The translations under genes were made by a program, and so were the position numbers. Below, in pieces: positions 1 to 12,926 of a DNA stretch of 64,000 bases. This DNA is from Lepidodermella squamata (lineage: Eukaryota > Animalia > Gastrotricha): assembly GCA_047495785.1 (NCBI GenBank), contig JBLDXI010000038.1, positions 1-64,000 of the forward strand. The letters are read 5' to 3'. Position 1 is the first letter of the stretch. Each line of letters starts with the position of its first letter. A model generated the notes under the pieces. The model was not told the origin of the DNA. It saw nothing but the letters and a program-made list of their open reading frames with translations, and ran no database searches.

Positions 1-18
1 ACACATCTCGTGAGAGGT
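1..18 (+). other. Probable untrimmed PacBio barcode (bc1003-like) at contig start
   Basis: ACACATCTCGTGAGAG(GT) matches my recollection of PacBio barcode bc1003 (ACACATCTCGTGAGAG). These are exactly the bases that fail to mirror 7891 onwards, while base 19 onwards mirrors. Confidence 0.75.
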
Positions 19-335
19 AAGAGCCCATTCAGAAATCAGCCGATGCTCAACCTGAGAAGAAAAGAACCGCTGCTCGAAAAGAGACTGAAAAGTCTCCCGT
101 TGCTAAGGGTCGTGAAAAGTCTCCTGTTGCTAAGGGTCGAAGTGGTCGCCCGAAGAAAGGAACTGAAAAGGCTCTAACTGCGTCGGACTGGTTCGGAAGT
201 GCGGCTGCCGATCGTGCCGCAGAGGAAGGTTCAAAGGAAACATCGTCTCCATCAAAACGACCTGAAAATGCATTCATCAGTGACAATGAAGAAGAATCTC
301 ATGATCCCAAGTCACCCCTTGCGAAACGAACTCGT

Positions 336-2777
336 GTGTTGTCAGCGTCTCTGGACGATGCGCCACTTCCTGATATTGAACTGCCATCACTTGCGCTTGA
401 CCTCCTATCCGGCCCGGAGCCCGACTTGTTTGGGGCATCAACCTCATTCGAACCAACGGCCACGAGTTCTCAACTACCACCCAAATCTAAAGCTGCTGTT
501 CCAGCGGATTCTCATTCTACAGGGACAAGAGCGTCACGGTCAACTGCTAGTTCGAGACTCAACTCGACGGTTAATAGCGCGACGAAAAAATCAGCCCATC
601 CACCCCGGACAACGGCTGCTGTATCATCGACTACGCCTTCAGCTTCTGGCGGGCCAATCACGCTGCTTAGGAATGAACCGTCTGTTTCCAAAGCGCGACC
701 AACAGAAACAAAAATAGCATTGAACGCATTTTTGTTTGGTGATCTCAGCGAAGGCGAGAGTGACGAAGATTCTCCCGAACCTTCAAAATCTACCGAAAAG
801 CAAGCTGAACCGAAAAGCAGCGAAGTGAAATCTGCTGAAAATGTGAAGCATAGTCTTCAGAAACCAATTGAAAAAGACAAAACTCTACCTCAGAGAGCTC
901 CTGCAGTTTCAAAAGCCGCAGATCAGCCAAAATCGTCAGTACCTACTCGAGCAGAACCTCGACATCGAGCTAGTGCTGCAGGTATATTTCGCGGTAGAAA
1001 TAAGCCGAAAGAGCCTGCTCTACCGGCGAATAATACACCTAGTCAAAATACTAAAGAAGCTGAATTCATCGAACCGTCACAAATATCAGCCGCTATCGCC
1101 TTAGAATCATCAGCTAGCACGCAGCAGATACCGCATTCGCAAACAACAGTGCTTGAATTATCAGCAGTTGCAGCTGAAGCAGCTACGACAACTTCAAAAA
1201 CTGATGATTCTTTGTCTTATATCGACCGAGCTGCCGAAATTGTAGAAAGCCGGACCGAGTTACAAGCCGCTGTCTCCGCTGTAATTGACGAATCACGAAA
1301 ATCTCTACCAGACGGCATCCCATTCGCAATTTTCGATATTCCAGTGGCGATTGAACCGATGTTGAGCCCCACTCGAGAGGAGCCTTTTCAAGCTGAGGAC
1401 GTTGCTGCTAAAATTATTGAAAACAATCAAATTGCTGAAGCCGTCGGCTCACCCCATTTACCATCGAAACAGAATTCAGAGGAAAATGCCCCAATACAGA
1501 AGGTAGATGTGAATGCTGATATTACAAATAGTACTGAAACTGTCCTTGCGGCTCCGCTAACTTCTGATGACGCTCCGATTGTTCAAGATGCGTGCTCAGA
1601 ACAAGTTGAACCCGAGCTGAACTTCAATGTCCAAAATGCTGCACCACCGAGCCCCAATGTTCCCGATACAGTTGAGTCAATTGCAATTGAGTCGGCTGAA
1701 AAGAATGATGAAATAGTCAATCCTGCGATTGAAAACTCAGCCGCTATTGACGATTCTGTTGAAACCGAAAAGCAAAAAATTCGCGATTCTGACGATGTTC
1801 AACCTACTGTTCTGGAACCAGCAATGCCAAGCCAAAGCCCAGCTCATGAAGTGGAGCATGTTCCTGAGCCGCTACCTCCTATTCAAACTGCAAAGAATAT
1901 CGACTCTGTGAAGATCCCTACTGAAGCGGTTTCGCCCTCTCGTAAACCTGGTGCATCAGTTCGAGTGGCAGATAATACTGATATTGAGAGCATCCTTTCA
2001 AGCCCTCGGGCTCTTGCGATTGCCGAATCATCCGATAATGAAGAGACGTTAACCATAGCCGAACCAGTGGTTGAAAATCTGCCTCCGTCTCAGGCTGAGA
2101 CTGTTGTTAATGCCTTGCAAAATGATGTTGATGACGACGATGACGACGACTCGGTAATCAGTGGTGTCGGTTTTGTTATCGACGAGCAGCTCGACGAGGA
2201 AGAAGACGAGAAGCCGCTAGAAATCGCTGAGATACCAGTTGAAAAGCCTCCGGAAGATGATGCCGAAGAGGGCGAAATTACGGATGAGGAGGAGGGAGAA
2301 CAAGAACAAGACAAGCAGCCAGTGCAACCACCACCTTCTCCGCCAAAATCGCCACCATTGCCAAGTTTACCTATTTTGCCAACTGGGCCACAGATTGCCG
2401 CGAAGGATATACTTACCCTGAGCCTATTCGACCCATTATCGCCTGTGCGAGACGTCCGGCGGAAGAGACGGCTATCGGCCAGTGAAATTTTCTCTTTGGT
2501 CGAGCTTCCACCGAAGCTATCACCCCCTCGCGATCCGGTCGAGCCTGAATTTAAAAAACCAGCGCCGCGAAAATCTTTCCCTTTACCGCCGGCGAAAAAA
2601 CCGCAAAAGGTTGTGAACACTCCGAAACCGACCAGTCTCGTTCAAGATTTGGGAATTTCCCGCAAGAAAAGTCACGTTGTACTCCCGGCTAATAAATCCT
2701 CGGCACCTGCAGCGGTTTCAAGCCAACCGCCAGCCCCGCCGGATGACCTCGAATCACCTGCTTCTCCAGATTCTTAG
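336..2777 (+). pseudogene. 5'-truncated mirror copy of the last exon of the long ICE1-like gene (probably artefactual)
   Basis: Identical to the C-terminal 813 aa of ORF 5132..8161. It lacks all upstream exons. Confidence 0.8.
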
Positions 2778-2951
2778 TCCGAATAACCAGAAAGTTAAAT
2801 AGTCACTGTTCAAGTTTTTACTTTTTATCAACTCGCTCAACATGGAAATACCGATGATATACAGAAAATAAAGTTGAATTATGCAATAAAAAATATTGTT
2901 GTCAGTTTTTATACTCTGGTGTTTTTTATAATAGGAAAAATATTTTTAATT

Positions 2952-3519
2952 ATGTCGCTGTCGTGCAATAACTGCGCTTTATTGCAGAATGTTAGTGTTT
3001 TTTTCAAGGTAAAGTTCCGTTAAAATCATTCATTTTACTTTCAGGAAATTGACGTTCTCGCGAAATGTTCGGGACAAAATCTCGAAATTATGAAAGAATG
3101 CATGCTGAGCTCTGGAGCTCTTATCGAAATGTGCCATACTAAAGTAACCGAAACCAACAAGCTCGTGCAGTCTAATCAAGAGCTGCGCCGAGAAAATGAT
3201 CTGTTGAAACTGTAATTTTATATTGTTTCCTCTCTTTTAGCTGAATGATTTGAAACGTTATGTTATACAGGAAGCTCGATGCTGCAGAACAACAATTGTC
3301 TCATTTGAACACGGAGAAAGTCACGTGGGAGAAGCTCAAGCTCAACTACGAACGGCAGATTCAAATTTTATCTTTACGGTGTCCCAAGGCGCACCAATTG
3401 AACGAAACTGATCAGGTATGCAGATAAAATTATATTTCCGACGCCATTCTTTTTAACTTCGATTTCTAGAAAAAATCGTATTCGCCATTCGAACGTGCTG
3501 GTACCTTCAAGAAACTTTC
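2952..3519 (+). pseudogene. 3'-truncated mirror copy of the short ICE1-like gene (probably artefactual)
   Basis: Exons MSLSCNNCALLQN / EIDVLAK..LLKL / KLDAAEQQ..TDQ / KKSYSPF.. are cut off at the arm end (3519). Confidence 0.7.
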
Positions 3520-4067
3520 CTTTGATCGCGTTTTAAATGAATGGCGCAGATGAAGAGCCGCTGGGTAAATAATATACCTCTATTACGCGAAATCGGACGC
3601 TTCGGACGATGTTTGTTATTTTTTATCCTCGATTACGAAGACGCGAACTCGTGTTCCAAGTATCGTTCTTGTTCATCTCATGACTCATGCGAAGCGAAGC
3701 CAGCTTACCCTTCAATTGTGGTTATAATTTAGCGATACGTTAGCTAATATAGCAATTTATCTACTTTTTAGCTGGCGTGGAATTTCTTGTCGAATTTCAG
3801 GTGAATGAAGCGATAAAAACACGTCGAAATTGGGATCCTCTCGACTAGTAAAACCTACCTTCAATGCCTGCAGCATGACAGCGTCAAAACAATCTCGCTT
3901 AAGCCCACAACCAATTTATTTCACAACTTTAACAAAGATAGAAAAATGCATCATCGGTACCATGGATATTCGATAAAATGAATGCCGAAATTTAGTATAA
4001 ACGCATAAAAATTTGAGCGATACCGGATTGATAAAACAACAATAGAGATTTGAGCAATCTGTCATAG

Positions 4068-4957
4068 TTAAAAGTCATCTTTCATCGGCTGGATGAGATC
4101 TGGCAATGCGACGGCGGCAAAGATTTCGTCGATTGTTAGAGACGTAATTTTAGCAGAGCTCTTTGAAGGCGAGATTACAGGCGATGTACAAGGGGAGAAC
4201 TCAGGAGTCGGAATGGCTCTCAAACTTGCACTGAGAAGCGTTGCAATCTTCGAAAAAGTGCATTCCTCGGTCGACTCGACTACCCCACCTAAAAATATAA
4301 TAAAAATAGCCAATGATTGATAGCGTTAACGGATTGAGCTCTTACCATTTGGCTGATGTATTCCTTGTTGTAGAGGCGCGATTTCATGAGAAAGTTTCTT
4401 GAAGGTACCAGCACGTTCGAATGGCGAATACGATTTTTTCTAGAAATCGAAGTTAAAAAGAATGGCGTCGGAAATATAATTTTATCTGCATACCTGATCA
4501 GTTTCGTTCAATTGGTGCGCCTTGGGACACCGTAAAGATAAAATTTGAATCTGCCGTTCGTAGTTGAGCTTGAGCTTCTCCCACGTGACTTTCTCCGTGT
4601 TCAAATGAGACAATTGTTGTTCTGCAGCATCGAGCTTCCTGTATAACATAACGTTTCAAATCATTCAGCTAAAAGAGAGGAAACAATATAAAATTACAGT
4701 TTCAACAGATCATTTTCTCGGCGCAGCTCTTGATTAGACTGCACGAGCTTGTTGGTTTCGGTTACTTTAGTATGGCACATTTCGATAAGAGCTCCAGAGC
4801 TCAGCATGCATTCTTTCATAATTTCGAGATTTTGTCCCGAACATTTCGCGAGAACGTCAATTTCCTGAAAGTAAAATGAATGATTTTAACGGAACTTTAC
4901 CTTGAAAAAAACACTAACATTCTGCAATAAAGCGCAGTTATTGCACGACAGCGACAT
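4068..4957 (-). CDS. Short (~220 aa, 5 exons) coiled-coil paralogue of the adjacent ICE1-like gene
   Basis: Spliced by eye: MSLSCNNCALLQN-EIDVLAKCSGQNLEIMKECMLSSGALIEMCHTKVTETNKLVQSNQELRRENDLLKL-KLDAAEQQLSHLNTEKVTWEKLKLNYERQIQ...TIDEIFAAVALPDLIQPMKDDF. GT-AG introns are 50-60 bp. It shares motifs and an intron position with 5132..9015. Confidence 0.7.
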
Positions 4958-7890
4958 AATTAAAAATATTTTTCCTATTATAAAAAACACCAGAGTATAA
5001 AAACTGACAACAATATTTTTTATTGCATAATTCAACTTTATTTTCTGTATATCATCGGTATTTCCATGTTGAGCGAGTTGATAAAAAGTAAAAACTTGAA
5101 CAGTGACTATTTAACTTTCTGGTTATTCGGACTAAGAATCTGGAGAAGCAGGTGATTCGAGGTCATCCGGCGGGGCTGGCGGTTGGCTTGAAACCGCTGC
5201 AGGTGCCGAGGATTTATTAGCCGGGAGTACAACGTGACTTTTCTTGCGGGAAATTCCCAAATCTTGAACGAGACTGGTCGGTTTCGGAGTGTTCACAACC
5301 TTTTGCGGTTTTTTCGCCGGCGGTAAAGGGAAAGATTTTCGCGGCGCTGGTTTTTTAAATTCAGGCTCGACCGGATCGCGAGGGGGTGATAGCTTCGGTG
5401 GAAGCTCGACCAAAGAGAAAATTTCACTGGCCGATAGCCGTCTCTTCCGCCGGACGTCTCGCACAGGCGATAATGGGTCGAATAGGCTCAGGGTAAGTAT
5501 ATCCTTCGCGGCAATCTGTGGCCCAGTTGGCAAAATAGGTAAACTTGGCAATGGTGGCGATTTTGGCGGAGAAGGTGGTGGTTGCACTGGCTGCTTGTCT
5601 TGTTCTTGTTCTCCCTCCTCCTCATCCGTAATTTCGCCCTCTTCGGCATCATCTTCCGGAGGCTTTTCAACTGGTATCTCAGCGATTTCTAGCGGCTTCT
5701 CGTCTTCTTCCTCGTCGAGCTGCTCGTCGATAACAAAACCGACACCACTGATTACCGAGTCGTCGTCATCGTCGTCATCAACATCATTTTGCAAGGCATT
5801 AACAACAGTCTCAGCCTGAGACGGAGGCAGATTTTCAACCACTGGTTCGGCTATGGTTAACGTCTCTTCATTATCGGATGATTCGGCAATCGCAAGAGCC
5901 CGAGGGCTTGAAAGGATGCTCTCAATATCAGTATTATCTGCCACTCGAACTGATGCACCAGGTTTACGAGAGGGCGAAACCGCTTCAGTAGGGATCTTCA
6001 CAGAGTCGATATTCTTTGCAGTTTGAATAGGAGGTAGCGGCTCAGGAACATGCTCCACTTCATGAGCTGGGCTTTGGCTTGGCATTGCTGGTTCCAGAAC
6101 AGTAGGTTGAACATCGTCAGAATCGCGAATTTTTTGCTTTTCGGTTTCAACAGAATCGTCAATAGCGGCTGAGTTTTCAATCGCAGGATTGACTATTTCA
6201 TCATTCTTTTCAGCCGACTCAATTGCAATTGACTCAACTGTATCGGGAACATTGGGGCTCGGTGGTGCAGCATTTTGGACATTGAAGTTCAGCTCGGGTT
6301 CAACTTGTTCTGAGCACGCATCTTGAACAATCGGAGCGTCATCAGAAGTTAGCGGAGCCGCAAGGACAGTTTCAGTACTATTTGTAATATCAGCATTCAC
6401 ATCTACCTTCTGTATTGGGGCATTTTCCTCTGAATTCTGTTTCGATGGTAAATGGGGTGAGCCGACGGCTTCAGCAATTTGATTGTTTTCAATAATTTTA
6501 GCAGCAACGTCCTCAGCTTGAAAAGGCTCCTCTCGAGTGGGGCTCAACATCGGTTCAATCGCCACTGGAATATCGAAAATTGCGAATGGGATGCCGTCTG
6601 GTAGAGATTTTCGTGATTCGTCAATTACAGCGGAGACAGCGGCTTGTAACTCGGTCCGGCTTTCTACAATTTCGGCAGCTCGGTCGATATAAGACAAAGA
6701 ATCATCAGTTTTTGAAGTTGTCGTAGCTGCTTCAGCTGCAACTGCTGATAATTCAAGCACTGTTGTTTGCGAATGCGGTATCTGCTGCGTGCTAGCTGAT
6801 GATTCTAAGGCGATAGCGGCTGATATTTGTGACGGTTCGATGAATTCAGCTTCTTTAGTATTTTGACTAGGTGTATTATTCGCCGGTAGAGCAGGCTCTT
6901 TCGGCTTATTTCTACCGCGAAATATACCTGCAGCACTAGCTCGATGTCGAGGTTCTGCTCGAGTAGGTACTGACGATTTTGGCTGATCTGCGGCTTTTGA
7001 AACTGCAGGAGCTCTCTGAGGTAGAGTTTTGTCTTTTTCAATTGGTTTCTGAAGACTATGCTTCACATTTTCAGCAGATTTCACTTCGCTGCTTTTCGGT
7101 TCAGCTTGCTTTTCGGTAGATTTTGAAGGTTCGGGAGAATCTTCGTCACTCTCGCCTTCGCTGAGATCACCAAACAAAAATGCGTTCAATGCTATTTTTG
7201 TTTCTGTTGGTCGCGCTTTGGAAACAGACGGTTCATTCCTAAGCAGCGTGATTGGCCCGCCAGAAGCTGAAGGCGTAGTCGATGATACAGCAGCCGTTGT
7301 CCGGGGTGGATGGGCTGATTTTTTCGTCGCGCTATTAACCGTCGAGTTGAGTCTCGAACTAGCAGTTGACCGTGACGCTCTTGTCCCTGTAGAATGAGAA
7401 TCCGCTGGAACAGCAGCTTTAGATTTGGGTGGTAGTTGAGAACTCGTGGCCGTTGGTTCGAATGAGGTTGATGCCCCAAACAAGTCGGGCTCCGGGCCGG
7501 ATAGGAGGTCAAGCGCAAGTGATGGCAGTTCAATATCAGGAAGTGGCGCATCGTCCAGAGACGCTGACAACACACGAGTTCGTTTCGCAAGGGGTGACTT
7601 GGGATCATGAGATTCTTCTTCATTGTCACTGATGAATGCATTTTCAGGTCGTTTTGATGGAGACGATGTTTCCTTTGAACCTTCCTCTGCGGCACGATCG
7701 GCAGCCGCACTTCCGAACCAGTCCGACGCAGTTAGAGCCTTTTCAGTTCCTTTCTTCGGGCGACCACTTCGACCCTTAGCAACAGGAGACTTTTCACGAC
7801 CCTTAGCAACGGGAGACTTTTCAGTCTCTTTTCGAGCAGCGGTTCTTTTCTTCTCAGGTTGAGCATCGGCTGATTTCTGAATGGGCTCTT
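4390..7890 (-). repeat. Right arm of 3.5-kb inverted duplication (contiguous with the rest of the window)
   Basis: Mirror of 19-3519. The genes in this arm are complete because they continue beyond it. Confidence 0.97.
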
Positions 7891-9015
7891 CGCCTGCTTC
7901 AGGGTCGCGATTTCTTTTTCTGCTGATACTTGATGACACATCAGGTAGCTCTCCCGCAGTAGAAGGAACATCTTCGAACGGATTTTCGAGTATCTCAGCA
8001 AAACTGTCCTGATCCAACAACCCATGTTGTTTAAGCAATTTCTCGTATTTCTTGATCCTTTCAAGGGCTATTTTTAGCTCTCGCCTCGATTCAGCCATAT
8101 CCAATAATGCTTCTTCTCGATCGCCTGAAAACAAAAAGCATCTAATGTTTTGCAAAGTCACAATTTTTTGAGAACAGATAACTCACGAGTACATGTTTTG
8201 ACTTTGTTCTCCATTATTTTCATGTTTGCGTCGTAATGCTCAGATTTTCGCAAGAGATCATTTTTCCCCGTTAGCTGTTCTTGTAGCAGCCTAATACCTG
8301 CCTGAAAACACAAACGATGATACAGCTCAAGTTAACTGTGAAGGCGTTTACCTTCTCCAATTCAAGCTGACTTTCAAGTTCAGCGATTCGGTCATTCAGA
8401 GATTGAATCTGATTTTCATAGTCACCTTTTACCTGCAAAATATGGCATATAGGCAGTTCAAAACAATACCGGGATCAACGTTACTTTTTCGTGATTTTCC
8501 GCAGTGCGAAGAAAAGAATTTAGCTGTTCTTCGGCGGCGTCAGCCTTCCTAGAAAACGACATAAAACCAAAATAAAATAAATGTTCGACTAACTGCAATG
8601 ATTTACAATTTGAGCAAGTCGCATTGCTTTCGGAGTTCCTGAATTTGTTGAGCTCTGCTTGTTGATTCTGCCAACTTGGACTGGTAACGCCGAATAATTT
8701 CACTGCAAGAGAAAACACTCATGAAACAAAATATGTCACATGTTGATTACTTACTCAGTGCTAACGATACGCTCTTTCAGCAGCAAGAAGTTTTCACTGG
8801 ACTTCCTGAGAGACTCCAGTTCCTGAAAGTAAATAATGTTCATCAATAAACTCAAGGCTTATGATAGAAAATCCTAAGACCAAATGCAAGTAACCAATGT
8901 TTCAATAATTATCATGCTGAAGTCATGTGTTAACGATGCGCGTTTTTCTTAAGCATTAGCTACATTGCGTTACCTCATTGCCATTATTGTAGTTTTCACA
9001 AGCAACAGTAATCAT
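5132..9015 (-). CDS. ICE1-like (little elongation complex subunit 1-like) coiled-coil plus long disordered protein, ~1150 aa, about 7 exons
   Basis: Small 5' exons give FLLLKERIVSTDEIIRRYQSKLAE, resembling the vertebrate ICE1 N-terminus as I recall it (ALITLKQKIINTDNLLTEYQKKCDE). EIFSLVELPPKLSPP resembles ICE1 DFFKLPPPLLSP. The large last exon corresponds to ORF 5132..8161. Gene existence is secure; the ICE1 call is from memory. Confidence 0.6.
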
Positions 9016-9434
9016 TTTGGTTGAGACTGATGCTGATCAGAAAGCTATTAGACAGCTCATGAACTGATGACTCAGGAGTTGTACCCGATAGCATTCGGTT
9101 AAGTTATCGTAACATCAAAATCTAGAAATTTAAATTTGTAAAATTAACCTGTCTCAATCCCGAGCAGTCATGACATGATTCTAATCCCAACATTCTGCTT
9201 GAACTTCAGAACGTAGTTCAATGACCGACAGACCAGCAAGTGACTGATCAATAAATCACAAGCTTCGGCAATTTAGGAAAACAGTGCCGAGTAGATAATT
9301 GAAGCAATATACATGTATTTCCGATTAAAAAACGGAAAACCACCTGTAAGCATGCAGGAGACCCGAGACGGAAAAACCCTAGAGAAACACGTGCACAGCG
9401 TCTTGAATCACCGAATTTGGGTCAGGGGTCAACT

Positions 9435-9446
9435 GGTCACGTGACC
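9435..9446. promoter_or_regulatory. Palindromic extended E-box GGTCACGTGACC (USF/MiT-TFE type) in a divergent promoter
   Basis: Perfect 12-bp palindrome in the ~600 bp between the head-to-head ICE1-like and LRRC27 starts. A second CACGTG lies near 9388. Confidence 0.45.
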
Positions 9447-9621
9447 TTATTGGCATTGACATTTAATTATACAAATTTTACACAATAAACTAAAATTTAA
9501 AAAGTAATGTTTTCTAAATATTTTGTAATAAAGCGTCCTTAGTCACGCCGCATACGATTTTGGCTTCGGGCTCTCATCTACTCATTTACCCACCGATTAT
9601 TAGCGACCTCACCGAACAATC

Positions 9622-11235
9622 ATGGACGTTGTGAAACCGTAATTTTTATCTGGTACCTAATAATGCCCCGGTCATCATCAGGTTCCTATTCTGGGTAGTG
9701 ATATTGCTAGTCGCTGGGATACTTATCAAACGCCTTTTCTCGATGATTGAAGGCTGTTCTTTTACATTTCACAAGTTTTTATTGTTAAAATTTGGCGTTC
9801 TCAATCGTTACTTTTGTAATCTATTGAATATTTCTCTTTGCAAATTTACCTACTTCTTCTCATGCTTTTTAGATATTTTGTTCAGAATAACCAGTCTACA
9901 GAAATGCTGCTGTCTAGCTTGCAAGAAGTAGAATCAACAGAGAATACTGGCGCAACAAATTCAAGAGAAAATGATATCGATAGCGCAATTGAGTTTTACA
10001 AGCGTCGAGGAATTCCGTGGGTGGATGTTTCCCGTAGGCAACTTGTTACCCTGCCACCTGCGGTTTTGGATTTCAACACTGTGCAGTATCTCAATATTAA
10101 TACCAATAAACTTTGCTCACTTCCTGAATCTTTCTTCGAGTCGTTTCCATTGTTATCTTGGTTCGACTGTCGGTACAATCAGATTACATTTCTTCCGTCG
10201 AAGGGCCTAGGCAATCACAACAGACTACAAACTCTTCTACTCCAAGGCAACAAGCTGACAACTTTACCGCTTGAATTGGGCCTTGTTAAAACTCTTCGCG
10301 AAATTCAGTTTGCATTCAATCCTCTGGAGTTCCCCAATCAAGACATATTATCTCAAGGCACCATGGTGATCAAGAATTTTTTAGGAGCTGTTTTGCAAAC
10401 GAACGGAAGGGTCTTGAACGTGTTGATTGACGATTCAGCAGCTAATGATACCAATGATGAAGCAAACAGAGGGGACAATGGAAGAGAGAAGCAGCGAAAA
10501 GGCTCAGATTCGCCATTTCTTTCTCCTCATCTCCGCAAAAAATTTTCCTCTAGCGTTGTGAGTATCGACGATAAACTGAAAAGTAAAGCCAACTTGAACA
10601 CCCATGCAATGGTGGGCACGCCTGAGTTACCCTCAACGGATGTTCTCCTGATAAAAGTTAAGGAACAAAAATCTAGGGAAGCTCAAAAGAAAAAACTGAT
10701 GAAAATCGACAAGGTTCTGCAGCGGCAGAGGGACGCACAAGCAATTGACGATTGGAGAAAAGAGACGAAGGAATTACAGCGCCGCAAAGAGCTCGAGAAG
10801 CGATACAACGGTGGAAAGTTGGATTACGATGAGCCCGCTCGGATCGCCCCGTTCGGTGTTAGCGACTCTGAAATGCGCATGAAAACCGATTCAGAACGGA
10901 GGTCGCATTCGCCTGTAACGCAAAAACCAAGACCTCTGTCACCAGAGACCGTGGAACGTCTCGAAAAAATCCAAGCTGAGAAAGATGTCGAGCTAACTGT
11001 TATGATAAAAGATCACATGACCCGAGTTGTCAGCAGAACCAAAGGCAGAAGCCGAGATAAGACTGCAGATACCGCAACTGCTCAGGACGAGTTGAATATT
11101 GCGAAGCAAGAGCTTGAAATTGCCCAGCGGCTTCAGCAAGAAGTCAGTCGACGCCGGAAAGAAATGGAATTTCGGATGAATATGATTCAACAAAAACTTG
11201 CTGCTAGAGTAACTGAGCATGTTGGCAAGAAATAA
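9622..11235 (+). CDS. LRRC27: Leucine-rich repeat-containing protein 27-like
   Basis: LRRs LPESFFESFPLLSWFDCRYNQITFLPS..LQTLLLQGNKLTTLPLELGLVKTL..NPLEFP match the LRRC27 pattern, followed by a C-terminal coiled coil. First exon MDVVKP at 9622 splices in frame (intron 9639-9872). Confidence 0.8.
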
Positions 11236-11388
11236 TGCGTTCGACTGAATATTTTATATAATGTTGCCTGTCTAACCTTCAATGCATTTACAAAAATATA
11301 AAATCTCTATTTTATGTGGTGTGCATTTAATCGATAACAAAAAATATTATTTTGGACCTACTAAATTGTTCCATGAATATTAAAAGTC

Positions 11389-12862
11389 TGTGATATCGAT
11401 TCTATCGAAAAACTTGAGCTGTGTCGCAAAAATAAAGGTAGATCGTCTAATCGAATATTTAATTGTTATTTTTTTATTTAGATGAGGAGGAAACATCTAT
11501 GATTATTCGCTCCTTGCAAAACGCCATCCAGTACTCGAAGCGACTTACAGAAACTCAAAACCATGGTCAATCATTCCAGAACGTAGTTCCTGACTTGCTC
11601 ATCGAAGCCACTCATCCGGTTTTCTCCGTTGCGTTGTCCAACGATGGCTCTTTACTGGCGATCGGACGACAAAATGGTGTCTTAGACGTCGTTAACACTT
11701 GTACGCGACGCATTGCTCATCAATTTTCGGCAACATCAACAGCTTTGCTCGAGTCAAACTTGCCAATAATATCGTCCAAATTTGGCGTCGCCAATACTCA
11801 TCTTGTTGCAGCCAGTTGTTCTGGTGAAATATTCGTTTGTAACTCGGAAAATGGCTCAAAATCCATGGTCACTGGGACCGATAAGATACCAGATATCATG
11901 TCAATGGATTTGTCATCATCGACTTCGCCCCACTTGGTAGCCGGTTATAAAGATGGGAATATTCGAATATTTGACGTTTCTTCGTCTAAGGTTTGCATTT
12001 AGCATTTAAGTTCAAATTCCGTTTGCAATGAAGGATTGATTTCAGGTAACACGGGAAATTGAGAGATCCAGTGGTACGGCTTTACTGGGCGAGGGATCCG
12101 ATGATGGACACTCCATGAGAGTGACGGCTGTGAAATGGATTCCGTCTGGCTATGACAACATTTTCATTTCAGCCGGCTGGGACAGCTTGGTCAAAGTTTG
12201 GGATATTCGCCTACCCTCTCCTCTCGTCAAACAGTTCACGGGCGCTCGAATCTATGGTGAAGGTCTCGACGTGAAGGACAGAATTATTCTCGCGGCTTGC
12301 TGGTCAAAGACTGATCAACTTCAAATTTTTGATCTAGCTAGCAGTCGACGCTTGCTGACGGCCACATCCCCTTTCCCGTGTGATTATTTTTACGCCGGGA
12401 GAATTCTTTCAACTCTTGACAGCTTCGTTGGCGCTGGCGATGTTGCCCCTGACGGCAAGTTGAGCCTGAAAACTGTAGTTGGCGGCTGCGCTGGCGTTCT
12501 TTCAGTATTAGGCATTGAAGAATGCGATTCATCCGGCACGGATGAAGGTTTTTCGGTAGGCTAATTTTTATTTTGAAATTGAGTATTACCAAATTGGCCA
12601 CACTATGACTTGGAATAAGGGCAAGAGAATCATCTCTAGCAAACTAATTAACGCTTTAAATCAAATTTTACGAATTGTTTGTGTTAATTTTCAGGTTTCT
12701 CCCCTCGCAACGTATCAGCCCGACCTGCCAGAATCCGGAAAAGTAGTCACTATAAACTGCCTCGATGCAAAATCTCAATCAAGTGCCAAGGATTCCAACC
12801 CTGCAACGATCGTTGCCATCGGTCTCAACGACGGCCGTTGTTATCTCTGCAAATTATTGTGA
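11389..12862 (+). CDS. WD40-repeat protein (multi-exon; start uncertain)
   Basis: Motifs VFSVALSNDGSLLAIG, AGYKDGNIRIFD, GHSMRVTAVKW..ISAGWDSLVKVWD. ORFs 11463, 12115 and 12605 join via short introns. Confidence 0.8.
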
Positions 12863-12926
12863 TATTTAAAATCGATCTCATGAACAAATAAAAGCGAGGT
12901 GCTTTCAAATATCAAAAATGTTTTAT

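Larger units (their letters stand above)
19..3519 (+). repeat. Left arm of 3.5-kb inverted duplication
   Basis: Reverse complement of 4390-7890 (coordinates sum to 7909). ORF translations in both arms are identical. Mirror breaks at 18/7891 and 3520/4389. Confidence 0.97.

Noticed and set aside
19-7890. Giant TIR transposon (Maverick/foldback) or biological gene palindrome
   Set aside because: The arms are host gene sequence with no transposase or TSD, appear identical, and start at a barcode-like 18-mer. An artefact is more parsimonious.
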